NCBI GenBank assembly: GCA_965263355.1
Contig: CBDHHL010000011.1
Coordinates: forward strand, 32,383-96,382
Direction of reading: 5' to 3'
Origin: Leptolyngbyaceae cyanobacterium
GTDB taxonomy: Bacteria; Cyanobacteriota; Cyanobacteriia; Phormidesmidales; Phormidesmidaceae
DNA length: 64,000 nt
How positions within the stretch are numbered: position 1 is the first letter of the stretch; every line of letters starts with the position of its first letter. The notes under the pieces are model-generated. The model did no database searches, had not been told where the DNA came from, and was given only the letters and a program-made list of their open reading frames with translations. Shown one piece after another: positions 9,096-18,604 of this stretch. Both the position numbers and the translations under genes were made by a program.

Positions 9096-10670
9096 ATGGT
9101 CGCACCAAGCCTAAGCCTAACCCAGTTCTATCCCACGTTCACGGGTCGCACCCTGGCCAATACGATCAGGACTGATTTAGTGACGACGGGTTTTGATGTT
9201 TCGAATGATGGGGCTCGCATCGCGGGCACTGCGACCAATGGGAATAGTAATTATATTGAACTTTTATTAGATAATCCCATTAATGCAACGGGCATAATTT
9301 TCAAAGTCTTTATGCAGACGGCTTATCGGACCCAAAATATTCAGGTAGGGCTAGGGTCTGGACCAGATATCTATCAGTTATGGCAAACGCCAACAGACCC
9401 TAGAATCTTTTTCCGTCTGCATGACCTGTTAATTGATGTAAGACAGCCCCCTGTATACCCAGCTGTAGGGGCGTTTAATATTACAGCCGTTGATAGAATC
9501 CGGTTGAATTTTGACGCGATCTCATCTGCGACTAACGCGAATCTAGTTCGATTTGAAGGTATCCCTTATTACTTTGACGGAGATACGGAAGGGGTCCAGT
9601 TGATTGATGGCGACATTGGAAACCCGCTTAGTTTTGCTGCGTTATATGCGGCGTTAGAGGCATATAACGTGTTTGCGATCGCGTCACGAATCACCCCGCT
9701 TAACACGTTTCTAGGCACTAACAGTATGCAGTTTGTCGCGCCTGTGACGATGGGCAGCGCTGGGACAACTGCAGTAAGTCAAAACCCGTCTACGCTTATA
9801 TTTTCAAGCACGCCAAACAACGCAAACAACAACAATATAGACAACAGTACGAACCTGATTGAATCGGCATTTAGGGCTAGGTTTTCAGGGCTAACGGCAC
9901 CTGATAGGACATTTCAAAACCTGAATATGCCGTTTTTATGGGCAGATGAGGGGGGCGGGAATACATGGCCCAGATTGGTTTTGATTGGCCCATCTGCTGT
10001 CAATCTGGGGACTAGTGATTATCAAGGCGCTCGAATCCAGGCGGGAAGCGGGTTGACCAGTGGAGGAAATAATATTGTGATTGAATGGTTGGACTCAACA
10101 GCACCAACCGTTTACGAGTGGAACGGCACTGCCAACCTAGCTGGCTCGACGTTCAATAGTCCAGCCAGCACTTATTACATAGATATCCCGGCTAGTTTAG
10201 GGACAGTGACCCTGGATGTAAGCGATGTTAATTTTACGACAAGACCCACGGGTGATCGTGTTTTTAGAGCAGCGCCGGGAATTGGGGAGACGGTAACGAT
10301 CCGGGCTGCTGCTAGCGCTGCGTTTACTGTAGCTGCAAATGTGCAGAATGATGGGGCGGGTACTGTTGAAATTCTTGCACCACAAGTTACTTTAACTATT
10401 CAGGGCATTCCTGCAGGGGGGATTTTTACAATCTGGGATGACGAAGATCCAGACCCACAAGATCTAGGGACATTGTTGCAAGAAACTAGTCCTACTACAG
10501 GGGCTGATATTACTTATGTTGGCAGTAGTGGTAACGCTTTGATTTTGCAGTTTGTCCCTAATACGGGGGATAGCGCCCAGTACGAAGAATTTAATTTCCC
10601 GTTTACGTTCCCAGCTGCATCACAAAATTTAGACCTGTCAACACAATTAGAACTGGAGAATAGTTTGTAA
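9096..10670 (+). CDS. Putative virion structural/tail protein
   Basis: 524 aa, T/A/G/N-rich with almost no Lys; first gene of a coupled operon. Confidence 0.55.
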   Translation: MVAPSLSLTQFYPTFTGRTLANTIRTDLVTTGFDVSNDGARIAGTATNGNSNYIELLLDNPINATGIIFKVFMQTAYRTQNIQVGLGSGPDIYQLWQTPTDPRIFFRLHDLLIDVRQPPVYPAVGAFNITAVDRIRLNFDAISSATNANLVRFEGIPYYFDGDTEGVQLIDGDIGNPLSFAALYAALEAYNVFAIASRITPLNTFLGTNSMQFVAPVTMGSAGTTAVSQNPSTLIFSSTPNNANNNNIDNSTNLIESAFRARFSGLTAPDRTFQNLNMPFLWADEGGGNTWPRLVLIGPSAVNLGTSDYQGARIQAGSGLTSGGNNIVIEWLDSTAPTVYEWNGTANLAGSTFNSPASTYYIDIPASLGTVTLDVSDVNFTTRPTGDRVFRAAPGIGETVTIRAAASAAFTVAANVQNDGAGTVEILAPQVTLTIQGIPAGGIFTIWDDEDPDPQDLGTLLQETSPTTGADITYVGSSGNALILQFVPNTGDSAQYEEFNFPFTFPAASQNLDLSTQLELENSL

Positions 10671-12190
10671 TGGCACCCCCCCAGCTGATTACTTTAGCAA
10701 ATCAAGCCACTTTATTAGTTGAGTCTAGCCAGGGACGGGCGGGCACTCCAGACGGGAATATTTTTTTTGATACAGCAAACGACAGAATTGAAATTATCAC
10801 TTTAGAGGAACTAGCTAATGTTGATTTGGGTTCCGGTGCTGAGGCCAATCCATTAACCAATGATTTTGGGATTACATTGCAGGCACTTTATGCGTTTGAG
10901 AGGCGTAGCCGACGAACAAGTTTAGCGCTAAGAAATTTCTTGCCCGGTATTGACGGCGTATTCCAAGATGCGGGCGCTTGGACATTTGAAGCAGGAATAA
11001 AATTAGCAGCCGATGCCAATACTTCAACTGGAGATGACAGGACGAAGATTAGAAGTTCTGGTTGGAGGGAATTGGCAGCCAACGACAGTATCGACCGCAT
11101 TTACTTTGGCGCACGTTCACTAAACGATATCCAGCCGACATCACAACCATACATTCAGATTGCAGCAAGTACTTCAGAAGCCGATTTGCTAGCGGCTGCC
11201 CCTGTTGACGCGGCAAGGACTGGACCACTAGACCAAGCTTTCCAAACGTTTGGCTCTACTGCAAACGGTGATGCAGCAGCGGGTGATTTTGACTTCACAA
11301 CCAGTCGGATCTTTGTAGCCAGGGTGAGAACATTTGGCTTTACTCAGGGCGGTGCAACCAGTGCTAGTTCAGGTGTTTCTCGACTGCAAAGTTTCTCAGC
11401 TGGATTTGGTGTTGGTGAAAGTACAAGTCCGGTTAACGCCTTTACTGAGGCTGATGTATTTGGTGGCGCTGCTATTGCTCCATTTACTGGGATGCTGTTC
11501 AGCCGTAATGCAGCTCCAACAACTCAGACTGGATTTAACGAAGGTAATGGCGACTTTACCGATTCTCTTAGTAACTCTGGTGGAGGTTCGTTGTTACAAA
11601 TCAGAGCACGCCTTGATGCTTTGATGCGGCAAGATACGGATATTGATCAGAATGGAAACGGGATTCTAGCAAAACGAATTGACCCGTTATACACGGTCGA
11701 CGATCAAGGTCGATTGGTAACCAAGCAAGGGCTGTTTATTGAAAACGTCCCTGCATCTGATCAACAGTCAGTTGTTTTTACAGCCGATGACGGCAGCATT
11801 CGAACCTATCCATTTACAGTGCAGGTCGATGTCTCTGTCTCGGATGCATGGCAGGCAGATCCAAATGCTTGGTATCGGTGCATGTTTGCTGATGGTGCGG
11901 GGGCAAACGACTTTGATACTTCTAATGCTGTCATTGTCAATGATTCAGCCAACAATCCAGTAGAGGGAACGTCAGCTGATGCGATCGGCGTAGCTGGTTC
12001 TTACTTAATCCGTTTCACATTTGACTATGACGGCAACACTCAAGCCGGTCTAGCCGCTGGGATTGATAAAGCGGTTGTATTCCTGGCTGAAGGAGACGGA
12101 GGGGCGCAAGCTGCTAATGCACAATTTACAATTGTGAGGCAGGCTGTTGTTACGGCACAGGCACTATCTGAAGTGGAAACTAATCTGTAA
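10670..12190 (+). CDS. Putative virion structural protein
   Basis: 506 aa, A/G/D/T-rich; TAATG coupling. Confidence 0.6.
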   Translation: MAPPQLITLANQATLLVESSQGRAGTPDGNIFFDTANDRIEIITLEELANVDLGSGAEANPLTNDFGITLQALYAFERRSRRTSLALRNFLPGIDGVFQDAGAWTFEAGIKLAADANTSTGDDRTKIRSSGWRELAANDSIDRIYFGARSLNDIQPTSQPYIQIAASTSEADLLAAAPVDAARTGPLDQAFQTFGSTANGDAAAGDFDFTTSRIFVARVRTFGFTQGGATSASSGVSRLQSFSAGFGVGESTSPVNAFTEADVFGGAAIAPFTGMLFSRNAAPTTQTGFNEGNGDFTDSLSNSGGGSLLQIRARLDALMRQDTDIDQNGNGILAKRIDPLYTVDDQGRLVTKQGLFIENVPASDQQSVVFTADDGSIRTYPFTVQVDVSVSDAWQADPNAWYRCMFADGAGANDFDTSNAVIVNDSANNPVEGTSADAIGVAGSYLIRFTFDYDGNTQAGLAAGIDKAVVFLAEGDGGAQAANAQFTIVRQAVVTAQALSEVETNL

Positions 12191-12510
12191 TGAAAACTGT
12201 ACTTAGGCCCTATTCGATCACTATTGACTCAGTAAAGCCCGGTAAACCACCACTGGTTTCTATCAAGTTACAGCAGCTTACGATGGCAGACGGTGAAATA
12301 AAAAGTATCTCAGGGAGTGAGAACGCTATTTATAAAAATGCCGAGGATTGCTTGGCTCAAACTCTAGAGTTCAAAGACCCTGTGACTGGAATTGAAGGGC
12401 AAATCAGTGTAGCAGGTGTCGCTCAAGTCGTGACTAAGCTTGCCGTTCAATGGTCGCAAGAAAAGTTAAACTCTCAAATAGACCCAGAAACAGGCTGGCT
12501 ACTTGATTAA
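12190..12510 (+). CDS. Hypothetical phage protein (possible fibre chaperone)
   Basis: Translationally coupled within the structural operon. Confidence 0.55.
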   Translation: MKTVLRPYSITIDSVKPGKPPLVSIKLQQLTMADGEIKSISGSENAIYKNAEDCLAQTLEFKDPVTGIEGQISVAGVAQVVTKLAVQWSQEKLNSQIDPETGWLLD

Positions 12511-13175
12511 TGCCTTTAATCGCGTCAGAAGATTATCCTAATAAGCTCATTTACCTGGGGGCTGATTCCGTAGGGGTGGAAGTGTTGCCGATTGATATTT
12601 ATAAAGAACATCGTGAGCGTAGACGATTAAATGCAAACGGGGAACGCAATTTCTTTCCTATGGTTGATGCGTTCGGCAATGACCAGATTGGGCCTACAAA
12701 ATTCACTCCTCGGTTCGTAAATTTAGCCAATGGCGCAAGAATAGTACCGTTTGATACAACTCACACTTTAGTAATACGCGGGTCACTGGTTAGCACATCT
12801 GAAGGCATTGAGGGGCCAGAACTGTTTAATAAAGCTCCTATTTTATCTAGCGTCGATATTGACTATCAACCGCCACAGGTTGAGGTAATACAAGCCGGAT
12901 CAGGTCTTGACGATACCGAGAGAGAACAACTAGCTAACCTTGCCAGCCTAATAGAGCTAGGCCCCAATGGCACTGATTATCAACTATCAGAGGTTGCTTT
13001 ATGGCAGGTTATCAGGCAAATGATCGCTAACGAAGCCCGAAACCTAGTCCTAAACACATTTCAAAAAACAGTTCCAGCCACGGGCGGGCCATACCCTGAA
13101 GCATCGGGCACCGTTGTTCTAAGTAAAATCGTTACAGGCGATATTGACGGTGATCAATTGGGGCTGACAGACTGA
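12510..13175 (+). CDS. Putative virion protein
   Basis: Translationally coupled within the structural operon. Confidence 0.55.
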   Translation: MPLIASEDYPNKLIYLGADSVGVEVLPIDIYKEHRERRRLNANGERNFFPMVDAFGNDQIGPTKFTPRFVNLANGARIVPFDTTHTLVIRGSLVSTSEGIEGPELFNKAPILSSVDIDYQPPQVEVIQAGSGLDDTEREQLANLASLIELGPNGTDYQLSEVALWQVIRQMIANEARNLVLNTFQKTVPATGGPYPEASGTVVLSKIVTGDIDGDQLGLTD

Positions 13176-13417
13176 TGCACAATTCTTTCTACTGGCGACG
13201 TGGCGTCGAGACAACAACCCCTGGTACGGGCACGGGTGGCCCATGCTACGACATCACAGGCACCATAGAAACCCCTAGCACTGTGACGGGCACGATCGCG
13301 CAGAATATAATCAGAATGGAATTATCGCCCGTTCCATTCACTGGACTAATCAATTTAGAACCAGCTGTGGGGACGGTTCCCGATGAAAACACAATCACTG
13401 GTGAGGTGGATTGCTAA
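13175..13417 (+). CDS. Hypothetical Thr/Gly-rich protein
   Basis: Coupled ORF. Confidence 0.5.
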   Translation: MHNSFYWRRGVETTTPGTGTGGPCYDITGTIETPSTVTGTIAQNIIRMELSPVPFTGLINLEPAVGTVPDENTITGEVDC

Positions 13418-13861
13418 ATGACCATTACCTTAAACTATCCTAGTCCCCTCCAAGCCGGAAACAGCTGGGCGTTCACGGTATTAATCACAGCACCTGACGA
13501 TGTAACGATCTACCAGAGTGCGATCGCATTTTTAATTAGCCCATATTCAACCAGCTCGGTTGCGGGGGCCACGATGGTTCCCCTGACTGGCTACGTCACA
13601 ATGCTATTAACAGCAACGGCCAACGCTAGAGAGTTTACTGGGACTGCGACATTATCACAGGCAGAAACGTCTAAGTTATTGGCCGTTGCTAATGAGCCAT
13701 TGTCTGGGCTCAAAGAAACTGAAGTTGAAATGATAGCGATCGTTTACCAGGGGACAGTTTCACCAGTGCCAGGGACAGACCAGGGCGAGACGATGAAGAC
13801 TGATGCGATCACCCCGTTTATTGCCCCTGGGATGAGTACGACGTTACAGCAAGCGGTTTAA
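13418..13861 (+). CDS. Hypothetical protein (beta-rich, virion-like)
   Basis: Abutting ORF at the end of the operon. Confidence 0.5.
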   Translation: MTITLNYPSPLQAGNSWAFTVLITAPDDVTIYQSAIAFLISPYSTSSVAGATMVPLTGYVTMLLTATANAREFTGTATLSQAETSKLLAVANEPLSGLKETEVEMIAIVYQGTVSPVPGTDQGETMKTDAITPFIAPGMSTTLQQAV

Positions 13862-14397
13862 GCCTTGATTGGCCAGTCAGACCAATCAAGTGTTAATGTG
13901 CGATTCGATTCACTGTAAGCCCAATAGTTCTCATTAAATTTACGGGTGAATTTTTCCAGCGCAAAATCAATCACGCATAGCCCGACAGAATGCTTTTCTG
14001 GGTTGAACCATCGACATTCACTAAACATTCGAAACAATCCAACGTTCCAAAATAGCCACCAATCAATTGCAGACTGAAGTAAATCAACCTCTGTATCTGC
14101 TTCCCCGCGATAATCAACATCTTCATAGCACATGTCATACACGGACTCCATGGCATATTCTAGGACGTGTTCAGCTTTAATCCAGCCGGGTTCTAGCGAA
14201 TCGTCTTTAGCTTCTAAAAAATTCTCAAAAAGACTCTCGACTATGTCTTCAGCTGAAAAAACACAACCGTAAACCTTTCTTGATGCGTTGACAGTTAGAG
14301 GTAATTCGTCAATATGGCCGCATTCAAATTTGCAAAATAAGTCTTCTTGATCTCGGTGAAAATTTCCGTTATGCCAGATGTTTTGTATGTTTTTCAT
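13858..14397 (-). CDS. Hypothetical acidic protein
   Basis: 179 aa with upstream AGGTAGG RBS. Confidence 0.65.
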   Translation of the reverse strand: MKNIQNIWHNGNFHRDQEDLFCKFECGHIDELPLTVNASRKVYGCVFSAEDIVESLFENFLEAKDDSLEPGWIKAEHVLEYAMESVYDMCYEDVDYRGEADTEVDLLQSAIDWWLFWNVGLFRMFSECRWFNPEKHSVGLCVIDFALEKFTRKFNENYWAYSESNRTLTLDWSDWPIKA

Positions 14398-14541
14398 TTA
14401 ACCTACCTTACCTCCAATTAACGCCTAAATTCTTCGCTTCTGTCCAATATTTAGGCAGCGTTTTAAGCGCAGTTAAACTCCCAGACTTTCCTTTACCAAG
14501 ATTGACATGCTCCCCGTGCTAAAGCAGCGGGGATTCTTTAG

Positions 14542-15756
14542 CTAGAAGCTTAGCGATAACTGCACTTCTACTAACCGGCTAAACAGAGCATTCGCATCGC
14601 TGGATTGACCAGTCTTACAAGCGTTCACTGTCCGTTTTACTTCGTGGGCTATATCCAGCCCCGAATTCTTGATATTGACGGCTGCATTGCCATCTCTGTC
14701 GTGATGGGCTCCACAACCTAAACAGGTGATCTCTCTAACTGAAAGATCCAACTTACCCCAGCTGTAGCCACACACAGAACAGATCTGGCTGGTGGGTTCC
14801 CATCGGCTGATGACAGAAACATTGCGACCATACATGACCGCTTTTGCCTCACACATTGCCCGAAATTCAGACCAACCAGCCTCACTGATTGCCCGTGCCA
14901 ATCGACGGTTTTTAACCATCCCCTTGACATTGAGATCTTCCAGGCAGATTACACCAAACTCACGGATCAACCGAGTCGAAAGCTTGTGTAGGAAATCCTT
15001 ACGAATATCCCTGATCTTGGCTTTGATCTTAGCGATTCGCAACCGGGCACGATGCCAACGGTTAGATCCCTTTTGACATCGTGATAAATGGCGTTGTGCT
15101 CGCTTGATCTTGCGGTTTAGCTTGGAGTAGTCGGGACTGTCGATTTTTGGGTCTTTGCCAATACTGAGCACAGCAAAGGTTTTAATCCCCAGATCCACCC
15201 CTACCGCATCCGCTAGCGCAGCTAACGGCTTAATCAGGACACCTACAACACAACTAATAAAGTATCGACCTGCACGGTCTTTGATGACGGTTATAGAACT
15301 CGGTTCACTGGGCAATGGTCGTGACCACTTGGTTTTGATGGCCCCAACCTTGGCTAGACAAACCTTGTTCCCCTGAATAGAGAAACCACCTTTACGAAAC
15401 CGGGCAGACTGCCGATTATCTTTCTTTTTAAACCGGGGAAAGCCTACTTTTGAACCCTTCCGTTTCCCACTACAGGACTCGAAAAAGTTCTTAAACGCTG
15501 TTCCCAGATCAGCAATGGACTGTTGCAGGGGAATATTAGACACCTCTGACAACCATTCACGCTGGGGATACTGCTTAGCCAGCGTGATACAGAGCTTTTG
15601 TAGCTCGGCATTTGTCGGCCATGCTTGATCCTCTGGTGTTGCTAAAACCCACGCTAACGCATCGTTCCAGACGACACGACAGCACCCGAATAGCTTTGCT
15701 AACTCGGATTGCTGCGTTTTATTTGGATAAATTCGGTACTGGTAGCGCAGTTTCAT
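14542..15756 (-). CDS. tnpB: RNA-guided endonuclease TnpB
   Basis: YQYRIYPN N-terminus; RuvC motifs GVDLG, ICLEDL, HDRDGNAAVNI; CSVC..CLGC zinc finger. Confidence 0.95.
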   Translation of the reverse strand: MKLRYQYRIYPNKTQQSELAKLFGCCRVVWNDALAWVLATPEDQAWPTNAELQKLCITLAKQYPQREWLSEVSNIPLQQSIADLGTAFKNFFESCSGKRKGSKVGFPRFKKKDNRQSARFRKGGFSIQGNKVCLAKVGAIKTKWSRPLPSEPSSITVIKDRAGRYFISCVVGVLIKPLAALADAVGVDLGIKTFAVLSIGKDPKIDSPDYSKLNRKIKRAQRHLSRCQKGSNRWHRARLRIAKIKAKIRDIRKDFLHKLSTRLIREFGVICLEDLNVKGMVKNRRLARAISEAGWSEFRAMCEAKAVMYGRNVSVISRWEPTSQICSVCGYSWGKLDLSVREITCLGCGAHHDRDGNAAVNIKNSGLDIAHEVKRTVNACKTGQSSDANALFSRLVEVQLSLSF

Positions 15757-15798
15757 GCCATCATTATACCTACATCGTCTATACAACGTCTAGACATA

Positions 15799-15945
15799 AT
15801 GACTAAAAAAACATTCGCAATTCGATTGTCTGAGTCCCGAATAGAAAAGCTTAAGCGAGTCGCGACACAGCGAGACACCACTATGACCCATCTAATAGAG
15901 CTTTGGATCGATAGGCTTGAAGAAAAAGAGGAAAAGCCGTCCTAG
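15799..15945 (+). CDS. Ribbon-helix-helix (CopG-like) protein inside the IS
   Basis: MTKKTFAIRLSESRIEKLKRVA..TMTHLIELWIDRL, divergent from tnpB. Confidence 0.7.
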   Translation: MTKKTFAIRLSESRIEKLKRVATQRDTTMTHLIELWIDRLEEKEEKPS

Positions 15946-16038
15946 AAGGACGAGGCTTGAGACCCATTCCCTTGGTCATTTCAATGGGCATCTGAATGGG
16001 CGCAATGAAACATTAAAAAACGCTCAAATTTTTAATGT

Positions 16039-16455
16039 TTAAGGAATGAAGTTAACTTCCATGCCGTAAAGTGTCGCCTTAAGACAGTCTGTATCCCCAG
16101 CGACTGACGGCACTTGAAAGCCCATGTGAGCATAGCCAGTATCACCAACACCACCAGGGGGATCGATACTCACGGGTTCTACTGGGCTGCTGAATGTCGG
16201 TGGCGTAGGTTCAGGCGTGGGAACTATGGGCTCAGGATCAGGGATGTCTTTTTCCTCTTTCTTTTTTCCACCACCTTGCGCTAAGCCCGCAGCGCCACTT
16301 AACCCGGTTGTAGCTACGGCATAGCCCCCAGTCGTCTCAGCAGCGCCCATTTTGTCAGATACAGCCGATGCAACAATTGTGATCGCGCCTAAGGCTAGAG
16401 AGCCCGCAGCAATCATCAAAGCTACATAATCATCGCTATCAGTTACGTTCATCAC
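16039..16455 (-). CDS. Membrane protein with Pro-rich tail
   Basis: Two hydrophobic/Ala-Gly helices followed by PEPIVPTPEPTPP. Confidence 0.6.
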   Translation of the reverse strand: MMNVTDSDDYVALMIAAGSLALGAITIVASAVSDKMGAAETTGGYAVATTGLSGAAGLAQGGGKKKEEKDIPDPEPIVPTPEPTPPTFSSPVEPVSIDPPGGVGDTGYAHMGFQVPSVAGDTDCLKATLYGMEVNFIP

Positions 16456-16465
16456 CGCTCACAGT

Positions 16466-16589
16466 ATATCCAAAGTTGACAGCTTAGCTCTATTCTGGCA
16501 TTTTCAGGGGATAATGTCCTAGTGCGATCGTGCTGAGTTTTGCTATGGAATTAAATCAAATTATTCAGGGCGATTGCTTGGAAGTGATG
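16466..16589 (+). repeat. 124-bp direct repeat, copy 1 (upstream region plus 5' end of MTase)
   Basis: Near-identical to 17361-17484. Confidence 0.9.
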
Positions 16590-17345
16590 GATCAACTTAT
16601 CACTGATGGCATTATTGTTGATTCGATAATCACAGATCCACCTTATGGCACGACCGCTTGCAAATGGGATAGTGTGATCCCATTTGATGAAATGTGGCTA
16701 AAACTAAAGAAAATAGTTAAGCCTAATGGGGCTGTGGCGTTGTTTGGAAGTGAGCCTTTTAGTAGTGCTCTTAGGATGAGCAATATTAAAGACTATAAAT
16801 ATGATTGGGTATGGAATAAAACGAGGGGTAGCAACTTTGCCTCTCTTAAATTTCAACCTTTCAAATGCCATGAATTAATATCTATTTTTTCAAAGAAATC
16901 ACATATATATAACCCTCAACTAACAAAGAGTCGTGCATATGTTCGCCCGCCTGGGGAGAAATCTATTGTTTACGGAATGAAGCATGATTCTATAAAAACA
17001 GAAAATGCTGGATTTAGGCATCCGTTATCTATCCAGGCTTTCAAAAAAGACCAGAACGCACTCCACCCGACCCAAAAGCCCGTCGCCCTGATGGAGTACT
17101 TAATCAAAACCTACACGCTACCAGGGGAAATCGTCCTAGACTTTACCATGGGCAGTGGCAGCACCGGAGTTGCGGCCAAAAAACTAGGTCGTAAGTTTAT
17201 TGGGATTGAACTAGATACTGATTATTTTGAGATCGCTAAAAACCGTATTAATGAAGTATGGGCACCGGGGCAAACAGAGCCTAGCAACAAGAAACCTATT
17301 GCAGAAAAAGATCAGCTAGATATCTGGGATGCATTGGTAAGCTGA
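16545..17345 (+). CDS. DNA methyltransferase (N4-C/N6-A, beta class)
   Basis: TDPPY motif IV; HPTQKP; VLDFTMGSGSTG motif I. Confidence 0.95.
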   Translation: MELNQIIQGDCLEVMDQLITDGIIVDSIITDPPYGTTACKWDSVIPFDEMWLKLKKIVKPNGAVALFGSEPFSSALRMSNIKDYKYDWVWNKTRGSNFASLKFQPFKCHELISIFSKKSHIYNPQLTKSRAYVRPPGEKSIVYGMKHDSIKTENAGFRHPLSIQAFKKDQNALHPTQKPVALMEYLIKTYTLPGEIVLDFTMGSGSTGVAAKKLGRKFIGIELDTDYFEIAKNRINEVWAPGQTEPSNKKPIAEKDQLDIWDALVS

Positions 17346-17360
17346 ACGGAATCTCACGAC

Positions 17361-17484
17361 ATATCCAAGGTTGACAGCTTAGCTCTATTCTGGCATTTTC
17401 AGGGGATAATGTCCTAGTGTGATTGTGCTCAGTTTTGCTATGGAATTAAATCAAGTTATTCAAGGCGATTGCTTAGAAGTGATG
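17361..17484 (+). repeat. 124-bp direct repeat, copy 2
   Basis: Near-identical to 16466-16589. Confidence 0.9.
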
Positions 17485-18594
17485 AACGGCATTCCTGACA
17501 GCAGCATTGATCTAATAGCAACTGACCCACCTTTTTTTAAGGTAAAAGGGGGCGGTTCTAAAGGTAAATTCGAGTGGTGGGATCGCGCCTGGGATAATTC
17601 AGCAGAATTCTTGAGATGGATTGACCAGCTAGCCGCACAATGGCAACGCATCTTAAAGCCTAATGGCAGCCTGTATTGTTTCGCGAGCACAAAAATGTCA
17701 GCACGAGTTGAGGTGTTATTGAGCGATCGGTTTAATGTGCTGAACAATATTCGATGGCGAAAGGAACAAGGAAGACATAAAGCATCATGCAAAGAAATTC
17801 TTAGAGGCTATTTTCCTGCATCGGAATCAATTATCTTTTGTGAACATTACGGCGCAGATAACGCAGCTAAAGGCGCAGCAGGTTATCAGGCAAAGTGTGA
17901 TGAGTTAAGAGGATTTGTTTTTGAACCGTTGCGGGCGTATTTGGATGGAGAGAGGACCAAAGCCAAAATTGCACATAGACGAATAATACATATTCTTGGG
18001 ATGCGGGGGCATGACTCGCATTTTTTTAGCCCTATTCAATGGAAGTTACCTCTAGAAGACCAATACAAAACCCTCCAAGACTCATTCCCCGGTTACTTTC
18101 AACGCCCATACGAAGAACTACGTCAGCAATACGAAGAACTACGTCAGCAATACGAAGAACTACGTCAGCAATACGAAGAACTACGTCAGCAATACGAAGA
18201 ACTACGTAGGCCTTTTATCGTATCGTCAGACGTACCCTACACGGATATATGGGACTTCCCCACGGTGCAAAGCTACCCAGGCAAGCACCCATGCGAGAAG
18301 CCATTGACCATGATGGCGCACATCATAAACGCTAGCTCTAAGCCTAATTCAGTAGTTCTAGATTGCTTTTGTGGTTCCGGCAATACTCTAGTAGCTGCCA
18401 AAAAGCACGGACGACATTTTATCGGGGTTGATATTGATCCTCATTGGGTAGATGTAGCCCGTGGCAAAGTCGGCAAAGAACAAAGCTTTGTATCGCAGCA
18501 GGCTAGATTAGACTGGCTAAAACAACAGACCGAAACGCCTGAGGAAACCCCCAAAAAGCAACAGCTAAGCTTATTAGACTTGCTTGCAAGCTAG
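17440..18594 (+). CDS. DNA methyltransferase (N4-C/N6-A, beta class; lambdoid prophage type)
   Basis: TDPPF; HPCEKP; VLDCFCGSG; YEELRQQ repeats. Confidence 0.95.
   Translation: MELNQVIQGDCLEVMNGIPDSSIDLIATDPPFFKVKGGGSKGKFEWWDRAWDNSAEFLRWIDQLAAQWQRILKPNGSLYCFASTKMSARVEVLLSDRFNVLNNIRWRKEQGRHKASCKEILRGYFPASESIIFCEHYGADNAAKGAAGYQAKCDELRGFVFEPLRAYLDGERTKAKIAHRRIIHILGMRGHDSHFFSPIQWKLPLEDQYKTLQDSFPGYFQRPYEELRQQYEELRQQYEELRQQYEELRQQYEELRRPFIVSSDVPYTDIWDFPTVQSYPGKHPCEKPLTMMAHIINASSKPNSVVLDCFCGSGNTLVAAKKHGRHFIGVDIDPHWVDVARGKVGKEQSFVSQQARLDWLKQQTETPEETPKKQQLSLLDLLAS
18108..18207 (+). repeat. Perfect 21-bp coding tandem repeat (4 full copies plus 16 nt; YEELRQQ heptads)
   Basis: Repeat unit ATACGAAGAACTACGTCAGCA. 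Confidence 0.95.
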
Positions 18595-18604
18595 GACTCA
18601 ACCA

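Larger units (their letters stand above)
14502..15974 (-). mobile_element. Non-autonomous IS200/IS605-family element (tnpB plus RHH gene, no tnpA)
   Basis: Right-end hairpin 14511-14533 ending ..GCATGTCAA on the minus strand; left-end hairpin 15934-15958; TGAC immediately 5' of the inferred left end. Confidence 0.8.

Noticed and set aside
16466..17484. DGR template/variable repeat pair or att sites
   Set aside because: No reverse transcriptase or integrase was seen, mismatches are not adenine-specific, and the repeat sits at gene starts
18108..18207. Possible CRISPR array
   Set aside because: The repeats abut with no spacers and lie in frame within the MTase
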